Part shown: positions 9,320 to 18,038 of the stretch, piece after piece
Position numbering within the stretch: position 1 is the stretch's first letter
Layout: the number at the start of each line of letters is the position of its first letter
NCBI GenBank assembly: GCA_038231455.1
Contig: JBBRLI010000016.1
Location: 1-64,000 of the forward strand
Length of the DNA: 64,000 bases
Origin: Vulcanimicrobiales bacterium
GTDB taxonomy: Bacteria > Vulcanimicrobiota > Vulcanimicrobiia > Vulcanimicrobiales > Vulcanimicrobiaceae
Direction: 5' to 3'
Made by a program: the position numbers and the translations under genes
The notes under the pieces: model-generated
What the model was told of the DNA's origin: nothing
What the model saw: the letters and a program-made list of their open reading frames with translations, nothing else
Database searches by the model: none

Positions 9320-9358
9320 AAAAGAGCAGGCCCCCAGTAAGGAGGCCCGCTTCTTTTC
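9320..9358 (-). terminator. intrinsic terminator after fliE
   Basis: GCGGGCCTCC-TTACT-GGGGGCCTGC stem followed by TCTTTTT on the minus strand. Confidence 0.7.
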
Positions 9359-9378
9359 TACGAGATCGCCGCCAGCGG

Positions 9379-9732
9379 CTAGATTTGCATGCGGGCTACT
9401 TCTTGATACGCCTCGAGCAGTTTGCTGCGCATCGCCATGGTGAACTCCATCGCGAGATTCGCCTCTTCGACCGACGTCACGACTTTTTGGAGGTCGTTCG
9501 TCTTGCCGCTTGCGAGGTCGCGCTGGTTAGCATCAGAGGTGTTGAGCTTGGTATTCGCATCACTCAGCAGGCCGACGACCGTGTCTTTGAAAGTCGGGGG
9601 CTCCGCGGCGACGCCGGTTGGGTTGATGCCGCCGACGGGCGGAAGCGGAGTGATCGTCGGGGCGTTTTCGCCGATATCGGCAACGAACGGATTGGATTTC
9701 GAGATGGCCGGGAGCGCGGAGGCGAAATCCAT
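9379..9732 (-). CDS. fliE: flagellar hook-basal body protein
   Basis: C-terminal EEANLAMEFTMAMRSKLLEAYQEVARMQI. Confidence 0.93.
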   Translation of the reverse strand: MDFASALPAISKSNPFVADIGENAPTITPLPPVGGINPTGVAAEPPTFKDTVVGLLSDANTKLNTSDANQRDLASGKTNDLQKVVTSVEEANLAMEFTMAMRSKLLEAYQEVARMQI

Positions 9733-10172
9733 TAGGCTTTCAGCAGTCCGAGGGTAGCGGTGCCCATGGCGCGCGCTTCCTGGATCGCGGTGACGTTGGC
9801 TTCGTAGGCACGCGAGGCGGACATCATGTCGACCATTTCTTTGACGACTTCGATGTTCGGCATATGAACGTAGCCCTGGGCGTCGGCGTCGGGGTGCATC
9901 GGATCGTAAACGAGCCGGTCGGGACCGGGATCGTTGACGATTCCGACGGCTTGTACGCCGGCAAGGCCTTTGGAGGGCTCATTCGGATCGAGCGAATCGC
10001 TCTTGGATTCATCGAGCTTCTGCGCCATGACGGTGAGCTGGCGCTTGAACACGCCGCCTTCGGGTGTGCGCGTGGTATTGACGTTCGCGATGTTATTCGC
10101 GATGACGTCCATACGCAGGCGTTCGGCCGAGAGGCCGCTTGCACTGACTTCAATCGAGGAATAGAAACCCAT
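9732..10172 (-). CDS. flgC: flagellar proximal rod protein
   Basis: SASGLSAERLRMDVIANNIAN, YDPMHPDAD and ASRAYEAN. Confidence 0.97.
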   Translation of the reverse strand: MGFYSSIEVSASGLSAERLRMDVIANNIANVNTTRTPEGGVFKRQLTVMAQKLDESKSDSLDPNEPSKGLAGVQAVGIVNDPGPDRLVYDPMHPDADAQGYVHMPNIEVVKEMVDMMSASRAYEANVTAIQEARAMGTATLGLLKA

Positions 10173-10175
10173 GGA

Positions 10176-10601
10176 TTAGATTCGCTCCGTAATCGCTTGG
10201 CGCATGCGCGTGTACTGCACGGCAAGCAGTTGGTTCATCGTTTGCGCGTAGCCCGAATTGATCGCGAGCTTCGCCATTTCCGAATCGACGTCAACGTTAT
10301 TGCCGTCGAGGCGTTGCACCGTCAAATCGTCTTTTTGCGTCCAGATTTCAAACGGCTGGGGCGCCTCGGCGCCGCCAATCGCAAAATGCTTCTTGTCCGT
10401 GGCGGCAAGTTCGAGCTGGTTCGGATCGGCATCCGACCCAAGCGACGCGGCCAGCGAATCTTTAAAGCTCACATCCGTCCGATGGTAGAGCGGCGTATTG
10501 ACGTTCGCGATATTGTTCGCGATCACGGCATGGCTTGCGCCCGCCCCATCGACGGCATTCTTGAGTAGGTCGGCGGTCACGCCGAAATTGATCTCGCTCA
10601 A
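10176..10601 (-). CDS. flgB: flagellar proximal rod protein
   Basis: IANNIANVNTP...DVSF and DGNNVDVDSEM. Confidence 0.95.
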   Translation of the reverse strand: MSEINFGVTADLLKNAVDGAGASHAVIANNIANVNTPLYHRTDVSFKDSLAASLGSDADPNQLELAATDKKHFAIGGAEAPQPFEIWTQKDDLTVQRLDGNNVDVDSEMAKLAINSGYAQTMNQLLAVQYTRMRQAITERI

Positions 10602-10622
10602 AATGACATCCTCACAGCTCTA

Positions 10623-10650
10623 CGTTCGGTCGGGATCGATGCGGACCTTA
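10623..10650 (-). promoter_or_regulatory. sigma28-like promoter upstream of flgB
   Basis: TAAG-N16-ACCGAACG, same spacing as the flgF and flgM sites. Confidence 0.45.
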
Positions 10651-12420
10651 GCGCGAAGCAAACTGCGCCGCGTGGAGTGTGGCGTAGGCCCCACCGCGCG
10701 CAAGCAGGCTCTCGTGTGTTCCGACTTCGGCTACGCGGCCGCCTTCTATATAAAGAATCTTTGACGCACGCCGGATCGTCGAGAGACGGTGGGCGATGAT
10801 GAGGGTCGTTCGTCCGACCAGAATCCGGTCCAGGGCCTCGTCGATGAGCTGCTCGGAGTGGCTATCGAGGGCGCTGGTCGCCTCATCGAGGATCAGGATG
10901 CGGGGGTCGCGCAAAATCGCGCGGGCGATGGCGATGCGCTGACGCTGGCCGCCCGAGAGCCGAATGCCGCGCTCGCCGACGAGCGTGTCGTAGCCCTCCG
11001 CGAGCTTGGTGATAAATTCCGCGGCGTTGGCCTCGAGTGCCGCGGCCTCGATCTCGGCGCGGCTAGCCTCGAGTCGGCCATAGCGAATATTCTCAGCGAG
11101 CGTGCCGTTGAAGAGTTGCGTTTCTTGCGGCACGAGCGCGATCCGGCCGCGTAAGTCGGAGAGGCGCATCTGCGCGATGTCGACGCCGTCGACCGTGATC
11201 CGGCCGCCTTGCGGATCGTAGAATCGCGGAACGAGATTGACGATGGTCGATTTCCCCGAGCCCGACGGGCCGACCAGCGCGACCACATCGCCGTGCAACA
11301 TCTCAGCGTCGAGGCCGTCGAGGACGGGCGGAGAGTCGGCGTTATACGCAAATCGCACGCCCTCGAAGCGGATATCGCCGCGCATGTCCGGGAGCGCGAT
11401 CGCACCCGGGGGATCTTCGCGCTCGATCGGCAGATCGAGGATTTCGAACACGCGGCTCGCACCGACGAGTGCGCGGGCGAAGTCGCCAAGGAAAATCGAG
11501 AACCGGTTCATCGGGTTGATCATCAGCGCCGCCGCGCCGAAGAAGGTCGCAACGGCGGCCGGCTTCAAGCGCCCAAGCGCGACTTCGCGGACCGTCATCA
11601 CGACGAGCAAAATGATTGCAAATGAGACAACCGTTGCGATCACGGGCGCCTGCGTTTGGTTGAGTTGCGTGACTTTCATGTAGTCACCGAAGAGGCGCTC
11701 GTTTGCGCCCTCGAAGCGTTCGCGTTCGAAATCTTCGCGGCGGAATGCTTTGACGACGCGCTCGTTCTGCAGCACTTCGGTGAGATTTGATGAGAGATCG
11801 GCGATACGGTCCTGCGCGCGTTTTGTTCCGGCAACGACCAGTTTATTGAACCGACCGATGACGATCGACACGAACGGCGCGCACGTGAGCAGCACGAACG
11901 CCAGCAGCCAATCGACATAGAACATCGTCGAGAGCGCGCCGATGAACGTGACGCTGACCTGCACCATTTGCGGGAGCGAAATGCTTACGGCATCCGTCAT
12001 CATCGGCAGATCGCTTGAGAATCGCGCGATGAACTCTCCCGAGCGCCAACGATCGAAATCCAGCATCGGCATCCGGTTGACTCGATCGAAGAGTCGCAGA
12101 CGCAGCCCCGCGATGAGCCGCTGGCCACACCAAGCGGTAATGTAGCTCTGCGCGTAGCCGGCAAAATTCCCGACGACCTGCGAGACGAAGATGATCAGCG
12201 CGACGAGCACCACGCCGCTCCAGACGATCTCGGTTGGGATCGTGATGCCGCCCCAGCCGCGATGCTCGAAGTGGATGACGTCGGTGAAGACGATCTCGGG
12301 CAGCTTAAAGAGCGCTAGCGGCGCAAGGCCCGCGATGACACCCAGAAACGTCGCGAACGCCAGGCGGCCGTAATACGGGCGCGCTTCGATGAGAACGCGG
12401 CGAAGGGTCGGACTAATCAC
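10648..12420 (-). CDS. msbA: MsbA-like ABC exporter (TMD plus NBD)
   Basis: N-terminal TM helices, Walker A GPSGSGKS, LSGGQRQR signature and ILDEATSALD. Confidence 0.8.
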   Translation of the reverse strand: MISPTLRRVLIEARPYYGRLAFATFLGVIAGLAPLALFKLPEIVFTDVIHFEHRGWGGITIPTEIVWSGVVLVALIIFVSQVVGNFAGYAQSYITAWCGQRLIAGLRLRLFDRVNRMPMLDFDRWRSGEFIARFSSDLPMMTDAVSISLPQMVQVSVTFIGALSTMFYVDWLLAFVLLTCAPFVSIVIGRFNKLVVAGTKRAQDRIADLSSNLTEVLQNERVVKAFRREDFERERFEGANERLFGDYMKVTQLNQTQAPVIATVVSFAIILLVVMTVREVALGRLKPAAVATFFGAAALMINPMNRFSIFLGDFARALVGASRVFEILDLPIEREDPPGAIALPDMRGDIRFEGVRFAYNADSPPVLDGLDAEMLHGDVVALVGPSGSGKSTIVNLVPRFYDPQGGRITVDGVDIAQMRLSDLRGRIALVPQETQLFNGTLAENIRYGRLEASRAEIEAAALEANAAEFITKLAEGYDTLVGERGIRLSGGQRQRIAIARAILRDPRILILDEATSALDSHSEQLIDEALDRILVGRTTLIIAHRLSTIRRASKILYIEGGRVAEVGTHESLLARGGAYATLHAAQFASR

Positions 12421-12509
12421 CGGTCTGCGCTTCGCCCCGGTGCCGCGAAACCTTTACGCCGCACGCCCAGTACGTGGGGGGCAGAATCACTTGCGGAGGG
12501 ACTTGAAGC

Positions 12510-13094
12510 GTGGATTGCTACTATCACAACGCCGTACCGTCGGTCGCGCTGTGCAACGACTGCAAAGAGCACCTGTGCGCGACGTGCCGCGGCGATGAGG
12601 GCATCTGCCCCGGCTGCCGCTTAGCGCAAAAAATCGATAACGCAACGCGCGTCCAGCGCGAGTTGCACGGTGAGGTTCCGTCCCGTTCCCAGCGGCAATA
12701 CGCGCCGCCACCTCCGCCGCAGCCGGGACCGCCCCAGACGCGACCCACGGCGACGGTCGCCGTGCGCACGGAAACGCGCGCGCTCATTGCGCTCGGCTAT
12801 CCCTTCTGGCCGCTCGCGCTCATCGCGCTGCTCGATTCGAAAGCCTCGCCGTTCGTCAAGAAACAAGCCTGGCAATCGCTCGCGTTCAATTTTGGAATGT
12901 ACGCATTCGGATTCGTGCTCCACGCAATTGCTGCGATTCCCGTGCTCGGCTGGTCGGCCTGGCCGCTCTTGCCGTTCGTCGTTCCCTTTGCGTTCGTCGC
13001 AAACGTGATCTACGGATTCAAGACCTGGCAAGGCGAGGACGTGCGCATTCCGATCGTGACCGATCTTGTCGAGGAACGCTTGCCCGCGACCTAA
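12510..13094 (+). CDS. B-box-like Zn finger plus DUF4870/Tic20-like membrane protein
   Basis: CYYH...CNDC...LCATC...CPGC, Pro-rich linker, then TM helices ending GEDVRIP. Confidence 0.75.
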   Translation: MDCYYHNAVPSVALCNDCKEHLCATCRGDEGICPGCRLAQKIDNATRVQRELHGEVPSRSQRQYAPPPPPQPGPPQTRPTATVAVRTETRALIALGYPFWPLALIALLDSKASPFVKKQAWQSLAFNFGMYAFGFVLHAIAAIPVLGWSAWPLLPFVVPFAFVANVIYGFKTWQGEDVRIPIVTDLVEERLPAT

Positions 13095-13097
13095 TCC

Positions 13098-14549
13098 CTA
13101 CGCGGGAACGACTTCGCGATTGTAGCGTTCGAGAAACGCGCGAGCCTCGCATTCGTGATCGAGGATCGGAAGCGGATAATCGGCGCCGCCGAACAGTGGC
13201 AGCGCCATCTGCTTAGCGCGCCGGCCGATCGCAGGATCGAGAATCGCTTGATCCGGAAACGTCGCGATCTCGGGGATCCAGCGCCGCACGTACGTGCCAA
13301 GCGGATCGAAGCGTCGCGCTTGTTTGAGCGGGTTGTAAATGCGCGGATACGCCGCAAGGTCCGCCCCGACACCTGCGACCCACTGCCAATTCCCGGTCGC
13401 AAGCGCCGGTGTATCTTCGGTGAGATAGCGGTCCCATTCATCGCGACCGACCCGCCAGTCGACGCCAAGATCGAAGCACAGAAAAGACGCGGCGATCGCG
13501 CGCACGCGTGGATGCATCCAACCCGTAGCGCGCAGTTCACGAATCCCCGCATCGACGAGCGGAAACCCCGTGCGCCCGCTGCGCCACGCATCGAGGTGGA
13601 CGTGTTTGCGTGCAAAGGTGAAGTCGCGCATCTTCTCTTGCAGCGGCGCCTCTTCGAGCGATTCGTTGTACCAGGCGAGCTGCAAAAAGAAATCTCGCTG
13701 CGCGAGCGACCGCAAAAACAGCTTGAGCGACGTGCGCTCTTCGGAAAGCAAAAACGGATCGGAAGCGCGTTCGCATGCGGCACGAACAACCGTCCGCGCC
13801 GCGATGGTGCCGAACGAGAGATCGGCGGAGAGATGCGAGGTTGCTCGATCGGCGGGGTCGTTGCGCGCGATAGCGTAATGCACGACATCCGATTCCAAAT
13901 ACGCAACGAGTCGCGCGCGAGCGGCGCGTTCACCCACCGCATATGGCAGATCCGCCCGCGACCCGAATTCGAGCGGCTCTGGCAGTACTTCGCTGGTGAT
14001 TTCCACGCTCGCAAGTGTCGCCTTAGGCGCCGCGGCGATCGGCAAGAGCGAACCCCAGCGCTCGTGATACGGAACGAACGCGCGATAGCCCGCACCAGAA
14101 TCGGAGCGCGCCAAAGCCGTATCTTCGGGCGGAATCGCCGGCGAATCGTGAACGGGTCCGGCACGTAGGCCAGCCTCTTCGAGCGTCGATTGCAGATCAC
14201 GATCGGCGCGGACGCTTTTCGCGTCATACGACACGCTCCATACGACCGTTCCGGCGCCCGCGGCGCGCGCGAGCGATCGTAAGATCGTCCCCGGCGACCC
14301 ACGCCGCACGATGAGGCGGCTCCCAGCCGCCCGCAAATCGGCATCGAGCGACTGAACGGCTGCGCAGTAAAACGCAGCACGTCGCGGCGACTGCCGCAGT
14401 CGAGCTGCTGCGATCGGGTCAATCACCAAGGCCGCAACGACATCGCCGTGGCGTGCCGCCTCGGCTAGCCCGGCGTGGTCATAAAGCCGAAGATCGCGCG
14501 TAAACGCGAAGATAGACCGGGCCACACGAATCGCTTCGCTAGCGGGCAA
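13098..14549 (-). CDS. photolyase/cryptochrome family protein (divergent)
   Basis: RDLRLYDH, TSHLSADLSFG, AWRSGRTGFPLVDA, GNWQW and FDPLGTYVRRWIPE. Confidence 0.9.
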   Translation of the reverse strand: MPASEAIRVARSIFAFTRDLRLYDHAGLAEAARHGDVVAALVIDPIAAARLRQSPRRAAFYCAAVQSLDADLRAAGSRLIVRRGSPGTILRSLARAAGAGTVVWSVSYDAKSVRADRDLQSTLEEAGLRAGPVHDSPAIPPEDTALARSDSGAGYRAFVPYHERWGSLLPIAAAPKATLASVEITSEVLPEPLEFGSRADLPYAVGERAARARLVAYLESDVVHYAIARNDPADRATSHLSADLSFGTIAARTVVRAACERASDPFLLSEERTSLKLFLRSLAQRDFFLQLAWYNESLEEAPLQEKMRDFTFARKHVHLDAWRSGRTGFPLVDAGIRELRATGWMHPRVRAIAASFLCFDLGVDWRVGRDEWDRYLTEDTPALATGNWQWVAGVGADLAAYPRIYNPLKQARRFDPLGTYVRRWIPEIATFPDQAILDPAIGRRAKQMALPLFGGADYPLPILDHECEARAFLERYNREVVPA

Positions 14550-14704
14550 CGAGCTCCCACGTCGATCGTTGATCGGGGGGCCTCACCGCGATACCTCCCG
14601 TTCTCATCCAGGGCGCTACTTCGAGCTCGTTCCATACGGCGAAATTACGCACCGATCTTGAAAAAGCTTATAACCATCTTTCATTTCAACAAATTGTGCA
14701 ACTC

Positions 14705-14916
14705 GTGGCGTCGCGCTGCGTTCGCGCATTCTCGGCCTCAAGTTCTTTGACGCGCGATAGGTCGCTTGCACTCATGCCGGCGTACTTCGAACGCCACAGC
14801 CGGATCGTATTGGCGTGGACGCCGTTACGCCGAGCAAGTTCTTCCATCGAAGCCCCGGCGTTTTACTCGGCGAGGATTCGGACGATCTGCGATTCGGTAA
14901 ATCGGCTCTTTCGCAT
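14705..14916 (-). pseudogene. IS3-family (IS407-like) OrfA remnant
   Basis: MRKSRFTESQIVRILAE*NAGASMEELARRNGVHANTIRLWRSKYAGM...KELEAEN has an in-frame TAA at 14863-14865 and is truncated. Confidence 0.85.
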
Positions 14917-14990
14917 GGGTGGATCTCCCGTCTGCCTTCATCGGCGGAATTCCACAGTTTTCCCTGGCTCCCGATCCGGGGCCGATCCTA

Positions 14991-15108
14991 ATCCGCATAG
15001 TTCACTCAACGATCTGACGCCCGAAGAGGTCGCGCGGTGATCGAAGAAGCAATCCAAAATCGCCGTCATTTCTAGAGCCCTCGCGGTTTAACTATCGGGG
15101 GGACGACC
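14991..15108 (+). mobile_element. 3' end remnant of another IS3-family element
   Basis: Encodes PHSSLNDLTPEE, the typical IS3 OrfB C-terminus, followed by an IR-like end. Confidence 0.5.
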
Positions 15109-15123
15109 CGAGTCAAATCCAGT

Positions 15124-15576
15124 TCAATCGGAGCGCGGAGTAATTCGTATGCACATGCTCGACAAAAACTGATAAGTTCCATCTCCGGAAGTTCGAAAGT
15201 CGGCAATTCGGAATGTAAGCGCCTTCCCCTCGAACCGTGCTCCCAGGCGCACATTTCCCGGTTTAACACCAAATACGATACTGACTAGCCTCCTGTCTAC
15301 ATAGAGGGCCACTACGTGATCGTACTTTTGGCTATCTGCTAATTCTGGAGCGAAAGCATACACCAAAACTTCATTATTTTGAACTGAATAACCATCGATT
15401 GTAAGTTGGCTGCCCGGCGGATCAACCGTAACTCCACCAGTAAGAGTGAAACACTCAGCCAGACTTCGTTCGGCAGGCAACCGAGGAAACGGAAGGGCCC
15501 GCGATGGCAACGGCTTTTCTGTCGATATCAAATTCATTCCGATCAAAAACGCGAAAATCAGCATTTCAAAGTCCAA
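15124..15576 (-). CDS. hypothetical exported protein (low GC; candidate immunity protein)
   Basis: 150 aa ORF with a hydrophobic N-terminus, AT-richer than flanking genes. Confidence 0.55.
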   Translation of the reverse strand: MDFEMLIFAFLIGMNLISTEKPLPSRALPFPRLPAERSLAECFTLTGGVTVDPPGSQLTIDGYSVQNNEVLVYAFAPELADSQKYDHVVALYVDRRLVSIVFGVKPGNVRLGARFEGKALTFRIADFRTSGDGTYQFLSSMCIRITPRSD

Positions 15577-15609
15577 TGCGAAAATTCAGACGAGGTCAGC
15601 AAAGCATCA

Positions 15610-15751
15610 CTACCTATGTAAATTTTGATAGAACGTCGTATAAATCGAACTTAACCCCTGTTGAATAGCGGCCTCCCTACCGTGCACCGCTAAGTAAGCC
15701 TGAAACTGATCAAACGTACCGGACGCGATGCCAGCTTGCCCAGCAAGGAAC
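15610..15751 (-). pseudogene. 3' fragment of an IS-interrupted low-GC ORF
   Basis: Frame FLAGQAGIASGTFDQFQAYLAVHGREAAIQQGLSSIYTTFYQNLHR* begins at the IS left end. Confidence 0.35.
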
Positions 15752-15817
15752 TGAGCCTGACCCGGTTTCCCGGACACTTCACAAAGGTTGGCGAAGAGCC
15801 GACCCACGAGGTATGTC

Positions 15818-16108
15818 TTGGGAAAACAGCGTCGATCATTCAGTGCCGAGTTTAAGTCCGAGGCCGTGCGGGCCACGATGGTTGGAGATCGCAGCCTGAC
15901 GCAAGTCGCGCGCGATCTGGGGATTAGTGCGTCGCTCTTACAGAACTGGAAGCAGCGAATGCTTGAAGAGAACGAGGATCTTGCCGGCTTGCGATCGGAG
16001 ACCCTGGAGCAAGAAAATCGACGGCTGCGTCGCGAGAATGCGTCGCTACGCGAGGACCGCGAAATCCTAAAAAAAGCGGCCGCGTTCTTTGCGAAGGAAT
16101 CCCGGTGA
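15818..16108 (+). CDS. IS3 transposase OrfA
   Basis: RRSFSAEFKSEAV HTH and EILKKAAAFF; A7G slippery site at 16069-16076 for a -1 frameshift. Confidence 0.92.
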   Translation: MGKQRRSFSAEFKSEAVRATMVGDRSLTQVARDLGISASLLQNWKQRMLEENEDLAGLRSETLEQENRRLRRENASLREDREILKKAAAFFAKESR

Positions 16109-16977
16109 AATACGCATTCATCGAGGAGCAGAGAACGCAGCACCGCGTGAATCGTTTTTGCGCGATACTGAAAGTGTCGCCTGCTGGATTCTACGAGTGG
16201 CGTGGCCGTCCGCGAAGTGCGCGATCGATTGCGGATGAAGCATTGCATGCAGATATTGTCCGACTTCACTCTGCGAGTCATAAGACGTACGGGCGACCGC
16301 GAATTCACGCCGACTTGCGCGACGAGGGTGCTCGCGTCAGCGCAAAACGAATCGCACGATTGATGCAAAACGGCGGTATTCAGGGGATTCGGCCGCGGCG
16401 CTACGTCCATACAACAAACTCGAAGCATCCCAATCCGATTGCGGAAAATATTCTTGCTCGGAATTTTGATCCTCGCGTTATCGGGGGAGTTAATCGCGTG
16501 TGGGCCGGCGACATCACTTACTTGCCCACGCGGGAAGGTTGGCTATACTTAGCAGTAGTGCTTGATTTGGGTTCGCGACGCGTCGTTGGTTGGTCGATGG
16601 CTTCGACGATGCGCGACGACCTCGTGATCGCGGCTCTCGATTCAGCACTCGCAGCACGACGACCGAACGACGGTACGATTTTTCATTCTGATCGCGGCTC
16701 GCAATACGCAAGCGCTGATTTCCGTGCTGTTGCGAAACGACATGGATTGACGCTCAGCATGAGCGCGAAAGGCGACTGCTGGGACAATGCGGTCGTGGAG
16801 AGCTTCTTCGGAACGCTGAAATCTGAATTGGGCGATCCAGTTTGGCCAACGCGAGATGCCGCACGCAGCGCTATTTTCAACTACATCGAAGGCTGGTACA
16901 ATTCCAGACGTCGTCACTCGACGCTCGGCTATGTCAGCCCAATCCAATTCGAGTCGTCGCTGCCGATCGCAGCGTAA
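16105..16977 (+). CDS. IS3 transposase OrfB (DDE/rve)
   Basis: WAGDITY, FHSDRGSQY, DNAVVESFFGTLK and RRHSTLGYVSP. Confidence 0.95.
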   Translation: MKYAFIEEQRTQHRVNRFCAILKVSPAGFYEWRGRPRSARSIADEALHADIVRLHSASHKTYGRPRIHADLRDEGARVSAKRIARLMQNGGIQGIRPRRYVHTTNSKHPNPIAENILARNFDPRVIGGVNRVWAGDITYLPTREGWLYLAVVLDLGSRRVVGWSMASTMRDDLVIAALDSALAARRPNDGTIFHSDRGSQYASADFRAVAKRHGLTLSMSAKGDCWDNAVVESFFGTLKSELGDPVWPTRDAARSAIFNYIEGWYNSRRRHSTLGYVSPIQFESSLPIAA

Positions 16978-17124
16978 TCCACTGTCCGGAAAAACGGGGC
17001 AGACTCAAATTGACATCGCACTCGGTATACATTTGCCGCCGTCCACGACCGATTCAGTGAATTCTATAACCGCAATTCAGAAAAGGACGGAGCAGCCCGA
17101 GTCGGCGTAAGAAATAGTTACAGA

Positions 17125-17559
17125 CTAACGCTCATGATATTGTTGTGGGCGAATTCGACATGGCGCCCTGCCAGGCCCTATTGAGGAACCCGCGATTGGA
17201 TGCCGGCTCTTTACCAACTCAACCAATTTTCTCGACATTCTCTCTTCCCTTTGTTGTTCGACTGATAGACCGTTAAACAAGCAATCATCAGGGAAATAGG
17301 CTTTGTCAGAATAAAACTGCCATTTATTATTTCTCTTGACATACAGGGTTGTAGAGGTTCCGGAACCGTAATCGTTTCCTAAAAGAGCGAGATTGTCGTC
17401 TAGAACAAATGATCGAACAGCGACCGGATTAGGACCCAACGCGAAAAGTCGAGCTGACTCAAGATGGTCCACTATCTCGATATCCTCTTTTGATCCAACG
17501 TCAGATTGACCACAACTCAGAAGAAAAGCGAGGCTCAAAAATACGAGCTTAGTACTCAC
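17125..17559 (-). CDS. hypothetical lipoprotein (candidate immunity protein)
   Basis: MSTKLVFLSLAFLLSC lipobox, low GC, start overlaps the stop of the upstream amidase-like ORF. Confidence 0.7.
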   Translation of the reverse strand: MSTKLVFLSLAFLLSCGQSDVGSKEDIEIVDHLESARLFALGPNPVAVRSFVLDDNLALLGNDYGSGTSTTLYVKRNNKWQFYSDKAYFPDDCLFNGLSVEQQREERMSRKLVELVKSRHPIAGSSIGPGRAPCRIRPQQYHER

Positions 17560-18038
17560 TTTATGCGACCCAATTTTCCCGGCGACAACCGCTGGTTAGT
17601 AGCGTTGGAAACGAATTGTGCCCAAGTAAGCGACTTTGACTCGTTTCCAGTAGATTCAGCAACTACGGTAGCGTGACCACTAGCATCGACGGCTTCAACC
17701 ATTACAACATGTGCGTCGTCAATTTTCCCGTCGCCATTCGTACCTTTCATAAAGAGTATATCGCCAACTTGAAATGCGCTTGAATCGAAACTAAAATCGG
17801 AGACTGTCTCATTTTGTGAAAAGTAGTTGAGCAGGTTACTTGAATTTTCCGCGTCATTCGTCCGAGTCCATGGCGTACGAGAATATTCGTAACCATCCGA
17901 GATCGGGCGACCGAAAGGATCTATTTCGAAAAATGGGGGTGGATCATGCAGATGAAGCTCATTGTTCACTGAACCCTCGAGATCAAGTCCCAGAGCCATT
18001 TTGTACACGTCGTAAATATATTTTGTGCAGTGAACTCC
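17556..18038 (-). pseudogene. 5'-truncated NlpC/P60-superfamily (DUF1287-like) Cys-His amidase domain
   Basis: The frame runs to the IS end: GVHCTKYIYDVYKMALGLDL...NLLNYF...QVGDILFM...HVVMV. Confidence 0.6.

Larger units (their letters stand above)
15752..17007 (+). mobile_element. IS3-family insertion sequence, apparently intact (1256 bp)
   Basis: IRs TGAGCCTGACCCGGTTTCCCGGACA (15752-15776) and TGTCCGGAAAAACGGGGCAGACTCA (16983-17007) match 21/25 with TG...CA ends. Flanks are AAC and AAT, an imperfect 3-bp duplication. Confidence 0.95.

Noticed and set aside
17053-17123. attC-like segment (CTGTAAC...GTTATAG on the minus strand) after the lipoprotein gene
   Set aside because: The inner L boxes are not complementary, no second attC follows the other islet genes, and there is no integron integrase in the window.
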